Source of the DNA: Octopus sinensis
Lineage: Eukaryota
Reading direction: 5' to 3'
Assembly: GCF_006345805.1 (NCBI RefSeq)
Contig: NC_043020.1
Span: 9,052,001-9,116,000 of the forward strand
Length of the DNA stretch: 64,000 nt
A program made the translations under genes and the position numbers. A model generated the notes under the pieces. It worked only from the letters and a program-made list of their open reading frames with translations, searched no databases and was not told where the DNA came from. This document shows, one piece after another, positions 12,209 to 25,499 of this stretch (its first letter is position 1; every line of letters starts with the position of its first letter).

Positions 12209-13544
12209 GTATGAGGAAGACCAACTTTGAAGTTCGTGGTGTTACCTTCTATAGCCACAAAAAAGTTGTTGTTTACAGCTCAGTTCAGCTCTGATTGAGC
12301 TGGCATGTGGTGATGTAAAGTATTCCATTTGTGACAATCCTGTCTTTTTAAAGCGACATTCTTAAATCTCCTCCACTTTTTTCTTCTTCCTTTCTGAGCC
12401 AATAGGATGTACCGTGAATGAGATTAGGCTGCTGTTTCTAGCAAGTTGAATGTCTGCATAGAGGATCTCTCATTGGTAAACATGTAAATAGCGCTTATGT
12501 ATTGGGGTCATTGCGTGCTGTGCATAAGGGCCTCTTTGCGTGTGCGATGCTGTGATCGAGTACGTGATATTACTGCGTCATACACGGTGTGAGGGTGGTG
12601 GTGGTGTCGGGGAAATTTGACTATTCATGGAAATACTCAAGTTTAGTATCTACTACGTAATAGACAGGGAAGACGGATGGACAGAGACGGAGATACGCAC
12701 ACACATACACACACACCACACACTACACACACACAGCACACACACACCACACACACACACACTACACCACACCACTCACACACACACACACCACACCACA
12801 CACACACACACACACACACATAGACATATGAATGGTCACACATAAGAATAGGCTTCCTGTCATGGAGGGGTACACATATACGCACATGGGACTGGGGGAG
12901 GCTGACTCACACATGGAGCATATGCACAGGGAGGTCACACATGTGGGGGGGAGCACATGCCCATCTGAGGGAAACACACACCCATGTGGGGTAGGGACAC
13001 AAGCACACGGTGGAGCATACATGCACATAGGGCATAAACGTCCATATGCACATAGGGGAGGGCATAGACACGTGCACACAGGGATGCACGCACGCATGCA
13101 TACAGATGTAGAATCAGCCGATGTCTTGGTGAGTTGTCACAAGTGATTGGAAAATGTCTGTCTCAATGTCTATTGGTTATTTTTGGCTGGAATCTTGGCT
13201 TTTTATAGACCTAATACATCCAGAATTAACACAGCTAGTTTGTTGGCTCTTTATTCATCCATCCATCCGTATGTGCGTGTGTATTTATACTCGTACATAC
13301 AGCTGGACATCTTTGCTGCAATGAGATAAATTGCGTATCTAGGAAACCGTAACCAGATTAAAATTATAGTAATGACAACCAAAATACTCTCCAGATGATT
13401 GATTTGGATGTGTGTGTATATACATAGACATCGTCACGTTTTGTGTGTATGTGGAATGCAAGTAACAAGATAGTTATTTTTATATTGCGTTCTGAAATAA
13501 ATATGGAAATTCTATTAATCACTCTCTTGGATAATTATATCTTT

Positions 13545-13923
13545 TATCTTTCACTTGCTTCAGTCATTGAACTGTGGCCATGCTGGGGCACTACTCGGAA
13601 ATATTTTTAGTCAAATGGATCGACCCCTGGTACTTGTTTTATTTTCTCAAGCCTGGTACTTATTCTATCGGTGTCTTTTGCCGAACTGCTAAGTTACAGA
13701 AATGTAAACACACAACACTGATTATCAAGCAATGGTGGGGGACATACATACATACATACATATATATATATGTTTGATGGATTTCTAATCTCTGTCTACG
13801 AAATCCACTCAAGACTTCAGTTGGCCCAAGGCTGTAATAGACACTGGCCCAAGGTGCAACACAGTGGGGTTGAACCTGGAACCTTGTGGTTGGGAAGGAA
13901 ACTTCTTGCCACACAGCTACACC

Positions 13924-13925
<2 letters not shown>
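13545..13925 (-). mobile_element. SINE family A
   Basis: Tail and head motifs in reverse complement. Confidence 0.8.
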
Positions 13926-13963
<38 letters not shown>

Positions 13964-14109
13964 CATACATACATATACACACAGGGTAGCCCAAAAGTAG
14001 GTTTATAGTTATCACATAAGCACTTAGAATTTCTTTTAAAACATTTTATTACATTTAAAGTTCTATCTTACCAACTGAAAAGGGAGCTTATTATAATAAT
14101 TTTTAAATT

Positions 14110-14530
14110 TTTGCCACAAGGGCACCTTGTGGGAGGGGATTAAGTCAATTTACATCAAACCCAGTTCATAACTGGTACTTATTTAATCACCCCTGAAAGA
14201 AAGAAAGGCAAAGTCGACCTTGGTGGAATTTGAACTCGGAACAGAGAATTGCGAAATACCACTGAGCATTTCATCCAGCATGTTAATAATTCTGCCAGCT
14301 TGCCACCTTTCGATAATAATCCTTTCTACTAAAGGCACAAGGCCTGAAATTTGTGGGGAGGGGACTAGTTGATTACCTCGACCTCAGTGTTTCACTGGTA
14401 CTTAATTTATCAACTCTGAAAGGACGAAAGGCAAAGTCGACCTCGGAGGAATTTGAACTTAAAACATAGTGGCCGATGAAATACTGCTCAGCATTTTCTT
14501 CAGTGTTCTGACAATTCTGCCAGCTCACCA
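14110..14530 (-). mobile_element. SINE family B, two tandem copies
   Basis: gaaaggcaaagtcgacct...gaatttgaact repeated twice. Confidence 0.75.
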
Positions 14531-14532
14531 CT

Positions 14533-14924
14533 TTAACCCTTTAGTGTTTAAACCGGCTATATCCGGCCCAAATATTCTACACATTTTATGCTCAAACTGG
14601 CCAGAACATGCATCTCACACCTACCCTACAATGTCATTCTAAAAATAAGCAATTACATCTTTCCTATCTTGAAGCTACAAAATAATATCAGATAAATTTT
14701 TTTAAATGTGAATAAATAAGGATTGAATGGTTGTATACTGTCAATCTAACAAGAACGTGACAGTAGGAGGTACACCACCGCTGTATAGCCCTAGGAAGCA
14801 TCGAACGCCTCCTGATATTTTGACTCATTTTTTCCCTGTGTCCTTATATACATATACGAAGGGGAGACAAACACATGAAATAAGGATTATTTTTGACAAA
14901 TTAATATGAATGCTAAAGGGTTAT
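14533..14924 (+). mobile_element. P1 MITE carrying a 153-bp nested insertion (14725-14877)
   Basis: P1 termini; aaataaggatt duplicated at 14714-14724 and 14878-14888. Confidence 0.8.
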
Positions 14925-15201
14925 TAATAATAATGATAATAATCTGCATGTTGTTCAGCAAACCAAAGTGCCATCACTGAGTCCATCACATTTTAAATAA
15001 GTACACTGTGCAACCAATGGGAGTCCAGTAGAATGTATGTCTTTATTAATAAATACAAGAAGCAGCAGCAACTATTTAAACTTGGTTGGTTCTTTTTTGT
15101 TTTTTTTTGCCTTGGTTTTGTATGTAATTTTATTATCCTTCATAAATTCCTCTGATAGTCTACTACTTCCTGATCAGTTTGACCAATGTAACTTGACAGA
15201 T

Positions 15202-15234
<33 letters not shown>

Positions 15235-15699
15235 AATGAAGGAGGTGGTATGTATAAGCAGTTAAGAATTTCCCATTTTTAACTACATGGTGTCTGGTTC
15301 AGCCCCATTGTTTGGTACCTTGGGCAATAGCAGCACAAAGCCCATTCTGGTATTCTTGCTGCTTTCACAAATATTTTATAGACTTTCAAGAGAATGTGAA
15401 ATAATTTTTCTCTTTCTCTTGGAACATTGGCTCTCTAGGCGCAACGCATAAAGCTATAAATAACAGCATGTAAAAGATGAAGGCAGCCTTTGACTTTTTC
15501 CATCCAATTATCTTTACAACTTCTACATTTTATTGTATCTATTAAAGTCAAGATCTGTCAGTCAGTTTCTTTGAAAGTCTTCTGATGCCTCAAATAAAAT
15601 TTGCTTTCTCTGCCTCGGCTTTTCCAATAAATTCTCTTATCTCTGTTTTACATTTTCTTCTAAATTTTTCAAATTGTAAAGGTAATTTATAGACACCCT

Positions 15700-16490
15700 G
15701 CCTGCCTGTGTGTCTGTCCGCCTGCCTGCCTGTGTGTCTGTCTGCCTGCCTGCCTGTGTGTCTCTCTGTCTACTTGTGTGTCTCTCTGTCTACTTGTGTG
15801 TCTCTCTGTCTACTTGTGTGTCTGTCTGTCTACTTGTGTGTCTCTCTGTCTACTTGTGGTCTCTCTGTCTACTTGTGAGTGTCTCTCTGTCTACTTGTGT
15901 GTCTCTCTGTCTACTTGTGTGTCTCTCTGTCTACTTGTGTGTCTCTGTCTACTTGTGTGTCTCTGTCTACTTGTGTGTCTCTCTGTCTACTTGTGTGTCT
16001 CTCTGTCTACTTGTGTGTCTCTCTGTCTACTTGTGTGTCTCTGTCTACTTGTGTGTCTGTCTGTCTACTTGTGTGACTGTCTGTCTACTTGTGTGTCTCT
16101 CTGTCTACTTGTGTGACTGTCTGTCTACTTGTGTGACTGTCTGTCTACTTGTGTGACTGTCTGTCTACTTGTGTGACTGTCTGTCTACTTGTGTGACTGT
16201 CTGTCTACTTGTGTGACTGTCTGTCTACTTGTGTCTCTCTCTGTCTACTTGTGTCTCTCTCTGTCTACTTGTGTGTCTCTCTGTCTACTTGTGTGTCTCT
16301 CTGTCTACTTGTGTGTCTCTCTGTCTACTTGTGTGTCTCTCTGTCTACTTGTGTGTCTCTCTGTCTACTTGTGTGTCTCTCTGTCTACTTCTGTGTCTGT
16401 CTACCTACCTGTGTGTCTCTGTCTGTCTGTCTGCCTGCCTGTGTGTCTCTGTCTGTCTGTCTGCCTGCCTGTGTGTCTCTGTCTGTGCAT
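15700..16490. repeat. About 20-bp minisatellite (ctacttgtgtgtctctctgt)n flanked by ctgc/gt repeats
   Basis: Direct reading; explains all the LLVCLSVYL ORFs. Confidence 0.95.
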
Positions 16491-17109
16491 CTCTCTGTAA
16501 TGTCCCCTTTATGTGATGCCCCTGTGACAAATATAATAAATAATTTTAAAAATAGCTGTGAATTGATTGACTTGTTGGAGTGTTTTCGGCCCAAATGCTT
16601 GTGGTGGTCATGTTCTGACACTTCACATTCTGAGTTCAAATCCTGCGTTGGCTGCTTTGACTTTGGTTTTTCATTTTCCATCCATCCATCCATCCTTTTT
16701 CCGCTGACTAAAATTAAAAGTGCCAGCTGCACATCTGTGCCGAGGACAATGGTTGGTGCCTCCTGCCCGACCCCCGCTTCCCACATTTTGTTTCATTTAC
16801 TGATTAGAATAAGTGTTTGTCAAGTGGGGGTGGGCGTGATGGCAGCGGTTGTAGTTTAATGCCTCCTTCTTCCAAAATATTTACCAAAACCACCACCCCC
16901 ACCACCACTGCTAATTAGGAGTTAACTTTATCACAAATATTCAAACGTTTTATCAGTTTCCTCCTGACATTGTGTGTGTGCTTGTGTGCACGTGTGTGTG
17001 TGTGTGCTATTGCACATGACTGTGTGTGTGGGTGCATGCGTTACTTATAACACACAAAACTCTTGGCCCTCAAGTCACTGTTGCTTCTGCTAAATATTAA
17101 TAATGTGTG

Positions 17110-17525
17110 TATATTCTTTTACTTCTTTGTCATTTGACTACGGCCATGCTGAAGCACTGCCTTTTAGTCGAACGAATCACTTCCCAGGACTTATTCTTTC
17201 TAGTACTTATTCTATCGGTCTCCTTTTGGTGAACCGCTGTTACGGGGATGTAAACACATCAACATCGGTTGTCAAGCAATGGTGTAAAAAGCACCATCCG
17301 ATCGTGGCCGTTTGCCAGCCTCGTCTGGCACCTGTGCAGGTGGCACATAAAAAGCACCCACTACACTCTCGGAGTGGTTGGCGTTAGGAAGGGCATCCAG
17401 CTGTAGAAACACTGTCAGATCAGACTGGGCCTGGCGCAGCCTCCTGGCTTTCCAGACCCCATTTGAACTGTCCAACCCATGCTAGCATGGAAAACGGACG
17501 TTAAACAATGATGATGATGATGATA
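17110..17525. mobile_element. SINE A tail (minus) joined to SINE C (plus)
   Basis: A tail 17110-17285; C 17285-17525 with (gat)n. Confidence 0.75.
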
Positions 17526-17909
17526 TATCCCCTTGTTCTGTGACAATTTTTTCAATTGATAACCTATCTCTTGTTTCTTAAATTTTGGGTTTTTGGTTTA
17601 GAATTTAATTTTCTGAAACCTTACCAAGGTCTCTGTTTCTTTCTAATTTTTATTGACATGTTTAGTGGGAAAATTAACAACCAACCTATTAATTATTCCA
17701 GACCGCTCTTCTTCGTAGATTGCTGGAATATTTCTTCTCCCCCACCACTCCTATTCTTTCACTAGTTTCAGCCGTTTGGTTCTGGTCTTGATAAGGGGCT
17801 CCTGTTGTATTGCTTCATCTTTATTTTTTGGTTTTTTTTTTGTTGTTGTCTATATTTTAAAGTAATGTTCATATGTGGACTGGCAGAATCAGTATTCTTT
17901 TACCGATTT

Positions 17910-18712
17910 GAGTCATTTGACTGTGGCCATGCTGGAGCACTGCCTTAAAGGGTATCAGTCAAAGGAATCAATACCACAACTTATTGTTTGTAAGCCTAGT
18001 ACGTATTCTATTGGTTGCTTTTTGCTGAACAGCTAAGTTACAAGGACATGGATTCACCAATATTCGTTGTAATGGCGGCAGGGGTGGGGGAAATACAGAC
18101 ACACACACACACATAAATATACGTACATAGGTACATACATATATGTGCGCAGGTGTGGCTGTGTGGTAAGAAGCTTGCTTTCCAACCACATGGTTCTGGG
18201 TTCAGTCCTACTGCGTGGCATCTTAGGCAAGCGTCTTCTACTATAGACTTGGGCCAACTAAAGCCTTGTGAGTGGATTTGGTAGATGGAAATTGAATGAA
18301 GTCCATCATATATATATATATATATATATATACATACACATGTTTGTGTCTGTGTTTGTTACCCCACTATCGATTGACAATTGGTGTTGGTGTGCTTATG
18401 TCCCCGTAACTTGGCAGTTCAGCAAAAGTGACCAACTGAATAAGTACTAGGCTTACAAAGAATAAGTCCTGGAGTCAAGTTGTTCAACTAAAGGTGGTGC
18501 TCCAGCATGGCCATAGTCAAAAGGCTGAAACAAGTAAAGAATATGAATATATATATATGATGGGTTTCTTTCAGTTTTTGTCTACCAAATTCACTCACAA
18601 GGTTTTGGTCGGCCTGAAGCTACTATAGACACTTACCTGAGGTGCCACACAGTGGGACTGAACCCAGAACCATGTGGTTGGGAAGCAAGCTTCTTATCAC
18701 ACAGCCATACCT
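17910..18712. mobile_element. Cluster of SINE A pieces: minus tail, full plus copy (18148-18545), minus head
   Basis: Family A motifs in alternating orientation. Confidence 0.75.
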
Positions 18713-19205
18713 TTTTACTGTTCTGGTTTAGCCTCAGGTCAGTTCTGACCAAGTAGACCTATGGCCAGAAGTATTGCAGCCATAACCACCATATGTGTGT
18801 GTGTAAAACTTAAAGGAATAGGGATTTGGAATCTAGGCAGGTGTACCTTATTAGCACTCTGATATAATCCAGATCTGGCCAACCACATTGAATGATAGGA
18901 ACGTACAGAAGTTTGTTTCACCCACCCATCTGGGTAAATTCTTGAACAAAGCCGCATAGGAATGTCTACCCTGGATGTGAATGTGTTCTGCGACTGATCT
19001 GACTAAATGCTTATAAATGCTACATGAAAAGACAGCAGGACACTTTTGCGGCAGAAACACGTGTCACGTTGCAATCTTATGTGAATTTAATGAGAATATT
19101 TCTGTAATAAACAAGTTCAGAAGAGTTTTTTAATAATGTCTTGTGTGTGTGGTGTGTGTGTGTGTGTGTGTGTTGTGGATGATGGATGGATGGATGGATG
19201 TGTGT

Positions 19206-19250
<45 letters not shown>

Positions 19251-19254
19251 TACG

Positions 19255-19635
19255 CGATGAGGTTCTTTCAGTTTCCGTCTACCAAATCCACTCACAAGGC
19301 TTTGGTTGGCCCGAGGCTATAGTAGATGACACTTGCCCAAGGTGCCACGCCGTGGGACTGAACCCAGAACCATGTGGTTGATAAGCAAGTCACTTACCAC
19401 ACAACCACTCCTCTGCCTACTTTCTACAAAAGGCAGAAAGCCTGATATTTTGGGGAAGGAAGAAAGTCGATTACGTCAACCCCAAGTACTCAACTGACAC
19501 TTCATTTATCGACCCTAGATGGATGAAAGGCAAAAGCCAACCTCAGCAGAATTTGAACTCAGAATGTGTAGACGGACGAAATGCCGCTAAGCATTTTGCC
19601 CGCCATGCTAACAATTCTACCAGCTCGCTGCCTTA
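19255..19635 (-). mobile_element. SINE A head followed by a SINE B copy
   Basis: Family motifs in reverse complement. Confidence 0.75.
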
Positions 19636-19991
19636 ATAATAATAATAATGATTATTATGATAATCCAGTTATGTGGATTTAGATTCTGTGTCCTTCCACT
19701 CTCTGGACCGGCTTACAGCTAAGTAGACTGAATTGTTGGCACTTCAGCGCATTTGCCATGGCTGGATGGGTGCTGTTTGTCTCTCTCGGTTCTGTCAACC
19801 AGAATTTATTTCAGTTGCTACGTGAAAACATTCCGCCCTTGCAAAGTGTGGGTTGAGGAGCTCTTTTAGACTTTGTGACATTTTATTTACGTTGCATCAG
19901 AGAATAGAGAAGCCCAGCTCTTCAGCAAAGTGTTTATGGTAATAAATTGTATGAATAATGATTGAAGTGTGTTTAGCATGAACCATGTCAC

Positions 19992-20026
<35 letters not shown>

Positions 20027-20436
20027 CTCTATGTAGGCGTACATCTTTGCGCTATTGTGAGTGTGATTAATTATGGGTGTGCATGTGACGTTGATTAGTG
20101 ATGGACTCGTTATTGTCAAAGGAATGTCTAACATCAACAAAAGAGACAAAGATTTTTCTGTTCTTTCAGTCAGTTTATTCAAGAGCATATCAGTAAACCG
20201 AACTTGACCTGTCCTCCTGTAAAATATGTGATTATGTGAGAGGTATTTTTGTATGGGTTTGTGTGTGCAATTTTTTTTTTTTTTTTGAGGTAAGAAAGAA
20301 AAGTACCTGAGGATAAATAAAAAAAAATAAAAAAGAAAGCCTTGATCTAGAAAATTTTTTTTTCTGTGCAATCAAGGATTTCTTTTTATTAAAGCTTTGA
20401 GGTGGCAGAATGATTAGTGTATCAGATAAAAATGCT

Positions 20437-20665
20437 TTAACCCTTTAGTATTTAAACCGGCCATATCCGGCCAAAAGTATTCTGCCTGTTTTATGTTCAA
20501 ACTGGCCAGATCTGGTCTCTCACACCAGCCCTACAATATCGTTTTAAAAATTAACAGCTACCTCATCAAAATCTCAAAGCTACAAGATAATGCCTGATTA
20601 GTTCAAGGCAATGTGGATAAAAAAGGATTAATTTTGGCAGAATAATGCGAACACTAAAGGGTTAA
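20437..20665 (+). mobile_element. P1 MITE, complete
   Basis: TTAA-ccctttag...ctaaaggg-TTAA; near-identical to 1-244 and 11980-12208. Confidence 0.85.
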
Positions 20666-21159
20666 TGTCTTTTCTTCTGGCTTGTTACATTCTGTGTTCA
20701 AATCCTGCTGATGTCAGCTTTGCCTTTCAGGGGTCAATGTAATCACGTTGTCCCTTCCTTTCGAAATTACTGGCCCTGTGCCAAAATTAGAAATGATTAT
20801 TATTAAGATTGCAGGGTTGGCAGAAGCGTTACCTTAGCCTTTTTTATGATTTTAGGTTCTGAGTTTCAATGCTGATGGAGTTGACTTTGCCCTTCATCCT
20901 TTCAGGCTCGATAAAATAAATACCAGTTGAACACTGGGGGTCAATGTAATTGACTTTCTTCCCCCACCCCACCAAGTTGCTGGCCTTGTGCCATTAATTG
21001 GAAACATTCATTATTATTGATAAAAGAACTCCTTGTTCTTGTTGACTTCTTTTACTCGACTTAAACGGCACCATGGTGTGTTGATCTTTGTCCATGTATT
21101 GTCCTCAGTGTCTCAGGCCCTTGTGGTCAATAAAAGAAAGCCTGCTGGACAATAATGCC

Positions 21160-21387
21160 TTAACCCTTTAGTGTTTAAACTGGCCATATTCAGCCGAAGT
21201 TTTCTACCTATTTTATGTTTAAACTGACCAGATCAAGGCTCTCACACCTAACCTACATTGACATTCTAAAAATGAACAATCACGTCATTGAAACCTCAAA
21301 ACTATAAGACAATGCAGGATTAATTAAAAACAATTTGAGTAAAAAAATATTATATTTAACAGAGTAATCTGAACACTAAAGAGTTAA
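21160..21387 (+). mobile_element. P1 MITE, diverged
   Basis: TTAA-ccctttag...ctaaagag-TTAA. Confidence 0.8.
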
Positions 21388-21621
21388 AGAGTGTCTTCTG
21401 GCTCTTTGTTCTGAGGTCACCTTTGCTTTTCATCTGTTCAAAATTGATGAAGTACCAGTCATATGCTGGAGACAATGGCATCAGCTAAGCCCCTCCCCAC
21501 AAAATTGCTGACCTGCATAAACTCAAAACAGTTGCCGTTGCTGTCACACTTGGGTTCATCCCTCCTTCTCCAGGCATCATCTCCAGACAGGTGGTGGTGA
21601 TGGTGGTGAAGCGGTTGATAA

Positions 21622-21852
21622 GGCGGCGAGCTGGCAGAAACGTTAGCACGCCGGGCGAAATGCTTAGCGGTATTTCGTCTGCATTACGTTGTGAGTTCAA
21701 ATTCCGCCGAGGTCGACTTTGCTTTTCATCCTTTCGGGGGTCGATAAATTAAGTACCAGTTACGAACTGGGGTCAATGTAATCGACTTAATACCTATGTC
21801 TGTCCTTGTTTGTTCCCTCTGTGTTTAGCCCCTTGTGGGTAATAAAGAAATT
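21622..21852 (+). mobile_element. SINE family B, full length with 9-bp TSD
   Basis: ggttgataa at 21613-21621 and 21853-21861; CpG-rich, apparently young copy. Confidence 0.9.
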
Positions 21853-22271
21853 GGTTGATAATGATGTCGGGGGGCAGGGGGTATGTGTTTATGATGAGGG
21901 TGGTGAATACGTGATAATGATGCTGTTAGTGATGAGGTTGGTGATGGCGGTGATGAGGACGATGGTTTTGCCATATAGAAAGGAAGACGAAGCTGTTTCC
22001 TTCAAGAATCTCTTTCTTTTTTCTTCTTCTGTTTTCTTTTTTTCCTTCTCTCCTCATTAATCTGTTGGCGTAACTCGAGTGCATTTTTTTTTACTGCAAA
22101 TGTTCGTTGTGGGGGGGGGGTTGTGGTGGTGGTAGGCGTCTATTGGATAACAGGTAAGAGTTTTAATGATTCCGGTTGTTGGTGGATACCAAAGCTACAT
22201 CATTAAGTTGGTGGGTAAAGAGGGGAGTCTCGTTTTGCCTTCCCTCTTCCTATACACGTATCTGAGTATAT

Positions 22272-22275
22272 GTAA

Positions 22276-22352
<77 letters not shown>

Positions 22353-22477
22353 ATATATATATACACACACACATGTAATATATATATATACACACACACA
22401 TGTATATATATATATACACACCCACATGTAATATATATATATATACACACACACACATGTAATATATAAATATATAT

Positions 22478-22531
<54 letters not shown>

Positions 22532-22548
22532 TGTATATATATATATAT

Positions 22549-22582
<34 letters not shown>

Positions 22583-22640
22583 GTAATATATATATATATC
22601 TAGATAGATAGATATAGATGTGAGATAGGTAGATAGATAT
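22272..22640. repeat. Compound (TA)n/(CA)n/(GATA)n microsatellite
   Basis: Direct reading. Confidence 0.95.
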
Positions 22641-22864
22641 AAGATACATTGATAGAGAGATATGACAGATAGGAATGTAATTTGTAGATATATGTAGATA
22701 ATTATATATAATTTAAGTATAGCTGTAACTACATTACATATGTGTGCGTGTGTAGATGTTGATCTAGTTAAAGAAAAATAAATTATATATGAGAGATAGT
22801 TATAATGTAGATATAGCTGTGTGTGTGTGTGTGTGTAGACGTAGCTTAGGAAAAATGGTGTATG

Positions 22865-23620
22865 TGCAAGCATGGTTGTGTGGTTAAGAAGTTTGCTTCA
22901 GAGATATGGCGGTTCTGGGTTCAATCCTACTGCATGGCAGTTTGGATATTTTCTGTTTGTACTATTGGGTTGAACAATGTCTTGTAAGTGGAATTTGGTA
23001 GATGAAAAACTGAAAGAAACGATGTGTGTGTGTGTGTGTGTGTGTGTGTTGGTGTGTGTGTTGGTGTCTCCTTGTCTTAACAGCGTGTGTTTGTTGTAAA
23101 CGAGTTTCACTGTCATACAAGCGGTGTCCTTCATTTTCAATCTTCCATGAAAACCTGTCCGACCAGAGAGAAATTACCTTGGAAACAGGTGAGGGTTGGG
23201 GGACAGGAAGGGCATCCAGCTTAGACGAAATTCCGACTCCGGCAAGTATAGCAAAGTAGATGTTAAAGCAATGGTATACACAGATGCACATAGTTATACA
23301 CGTAGATGTATGTATATCATCATCATCATCATCCTTTTCATGTTTGTTGTCCATGCTGGCAAGGGTTGGATGGTTTGACCTGGGCTGGTAAGTTGAGGGG
23401 CTGCACCAGACTCCAGTCTGATTTCGTATGGGTTTCTACGGCTGGATGCCCTTCCTAATGCCAACCACTTTACAGTATGTGCTGGGTGCTTCTACATGGT
23501 TCCACATGGATGTTTCTTTGTGGCACCACATGGGTACTTCTATGCTGCACCACATGGGTGCTTCTATACAATGTGGCACAGACACTTCTATGTGGTGCTA
23601 CAAGGGCGCTTTTATGTGGT
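22865..23620. mobile_element. SINE A (plus, 22865-23130) and SINE C (minus, 23320-23620, amplified head subrepeat)
   Basis: Family motifs; about 21-22-bp cttctatgtggcaccacatggg-like repeats at 23480-23620. Confidence 0.7.
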
Positions 23621-24073
23621 ATACAGTTATGTAGTCTATAGTAATCTTCTTCATCGGGTTCAGAAGTGAGTCTCTGATTTGATTGGTCCCTCTCTTGCTT
23701 CAACTCTGCAACCCTTGTCACAGCACTGTGACATCACTAGTCTTAGTCTCTTCTGTTGTAACTCCACAGGAAATGCTCTGATGAACTTTCCCCTCATAGT
23801 TTCAAATCCCTTTGTGCCATCTTACCTGATTTGAAACTCAGAGCGTTTTCATCCGAATACTGTTGTTCTTCCATGAATAAGGAAATCTTTCTACTGTCAT
23901 AGCTTTTTTCCTCAAGCTACCACACTTTGGCACTCTCTTTAATCTCATTGTTTTCCTCCTTCTTATGACTCAAACTCTTTTTCAAGCCTTTAATGAATCC
24001 ATTCCTTTCATTTAATTTCTCCTTCATAGGGACCTACTCTCAGTGGCTTCTCATCTTGTTTGGGATTTTCTTA

Positions 24074-24301
24074 TTAACCCTTTAGTGTTCAGATTACTCT
24101 GTTAAATGTAATACTTTTTCACTCAAATTGTTTTGAATTAATCATGCATTATGTTATATCTTTGAGGTTTCAATGATGTGATTGTCTAATTTTAGAATGT
24201 CAATGTAGGTTAGGTGTAAGAGGCTGGATATGGCCAGTTTGAATATAAAACATGTAGAATATCTGGGTCAGATATGGCCGGTTTAAGCACTAAAGGGTTA
24301 A
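24074..24301 (-). mobile_element. P1 MITE
   Basis: TTAA termini; interior is the reverse complement of P1. Confidence 0.85.
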
Positions 24302-24558
24302 AAAAATAACAAAACTGAAATAACAAATAAAACCAGCCGTTGGTGCATGATGTAATCTTTTGACTTATTGAAACCAGATCTTTGATGATTCTATGTTTGT
24401 GTGTGTGAATATATGTAGTCTGTCCAGTTCATGTCAGTATAGAAAGCGGATGTAAAATGATATATACATATATATATATATATATATATTGTTTGTTTGT
24501 GTGTAGAGAGATAGGGAGGTGTGTATATAAACTGACATTCAATTTCTTTTTCTTCCAG

Positions 24559-24640
24559 TTATATATTTTTCGCAATGGTGATCATCCATGTTGAACATGG
24601 CTCTAAGTAGCTTTGTCACGCTGTCACACTAGATAACATT
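24559..24640 (+). other. Candidate 82-nt internal 5'-UTR exon with uORFs
   Basis: CTGAC branch motif 24532-24536, polypyrimidine tract, CAG acceptor, GTAAGT donor at 24641. Confidence 0.45.
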
Positions 24641-25499
24641 GTAAGTTCAAAACTATTCTCTCTTACCTTAATAACCTGCATGTTGTTGTTTGTTGGGTAG
24701 CTCCAGGTAAACCTTGAAGGCACAGCCCTGTCAGCATGACAATTGTGAGAGATTTGGCTGTTTTTAGCAGATCAAATGGCTCCCCAGCTGTTCTCTATGG
24801 AGTTGTGATTGTTGATTTTGTTGTTGTTCAACTCCGAGTCAATCAGTCCTGATTGAGCATGGTTATAATTAATTAAAGGCAATCCAGTTGTGGCTCTTCC
24901 TATCTATTTATTGCCATGTATGGCTGGCTACATGATTTGGTGTGTCCTTTCCATATTTAGTAGGGGTAGTGTGTGGTTTCAGGAAGATTTGACTGCTACC
25001 TCTAGCAAGTTGAAAGACCATGTAGTGGCTGTTTGTCTTGGTGTTTTAACATTATCCTGTCTTGGCAGATGTGTTTGTGTGGTTGAATATGAATTAAGGT
25101 TTGTGGTAAACTATGTGGAGATGGGGTTACTGTGGTAAACCCTAAGGGGCACTGAATTGAAGTGCCACCAGTTTTAAATGGACGATGGCTCAGTCCCTTA
25201 CCTTTTCAAGTAACCTTTCCCTTTGTGTAAGTTTCAAAGGATCTAACATTTGTTTTTATTTTTACTTGTTCCATTCATTGGACTGTGGCCATACTGGGGC
25301 ACCACTTTGAAGGGTTTTTTTTCTCATTTTTCTTTCTTTTCATCGCCAAACAAGTTGACTCCATACTTGAATTTTTTTTAAAGCCTGGTACTTATTCTGT
25401 CAGTCTCTTTTACTGAACTGCTAAGTTGAGAGGATTTAAACACACCAACACTGTTTGTCAAGTAGTGATAAGACACATGCAAACACACACACACAACCA

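Noticed and set aside
23772-23847. CTGATGA...GAAA inside a hairpin-forming segment
   Set aside because: Stem II does not close next to the core, and stems I and III cannot form in hammerhead register
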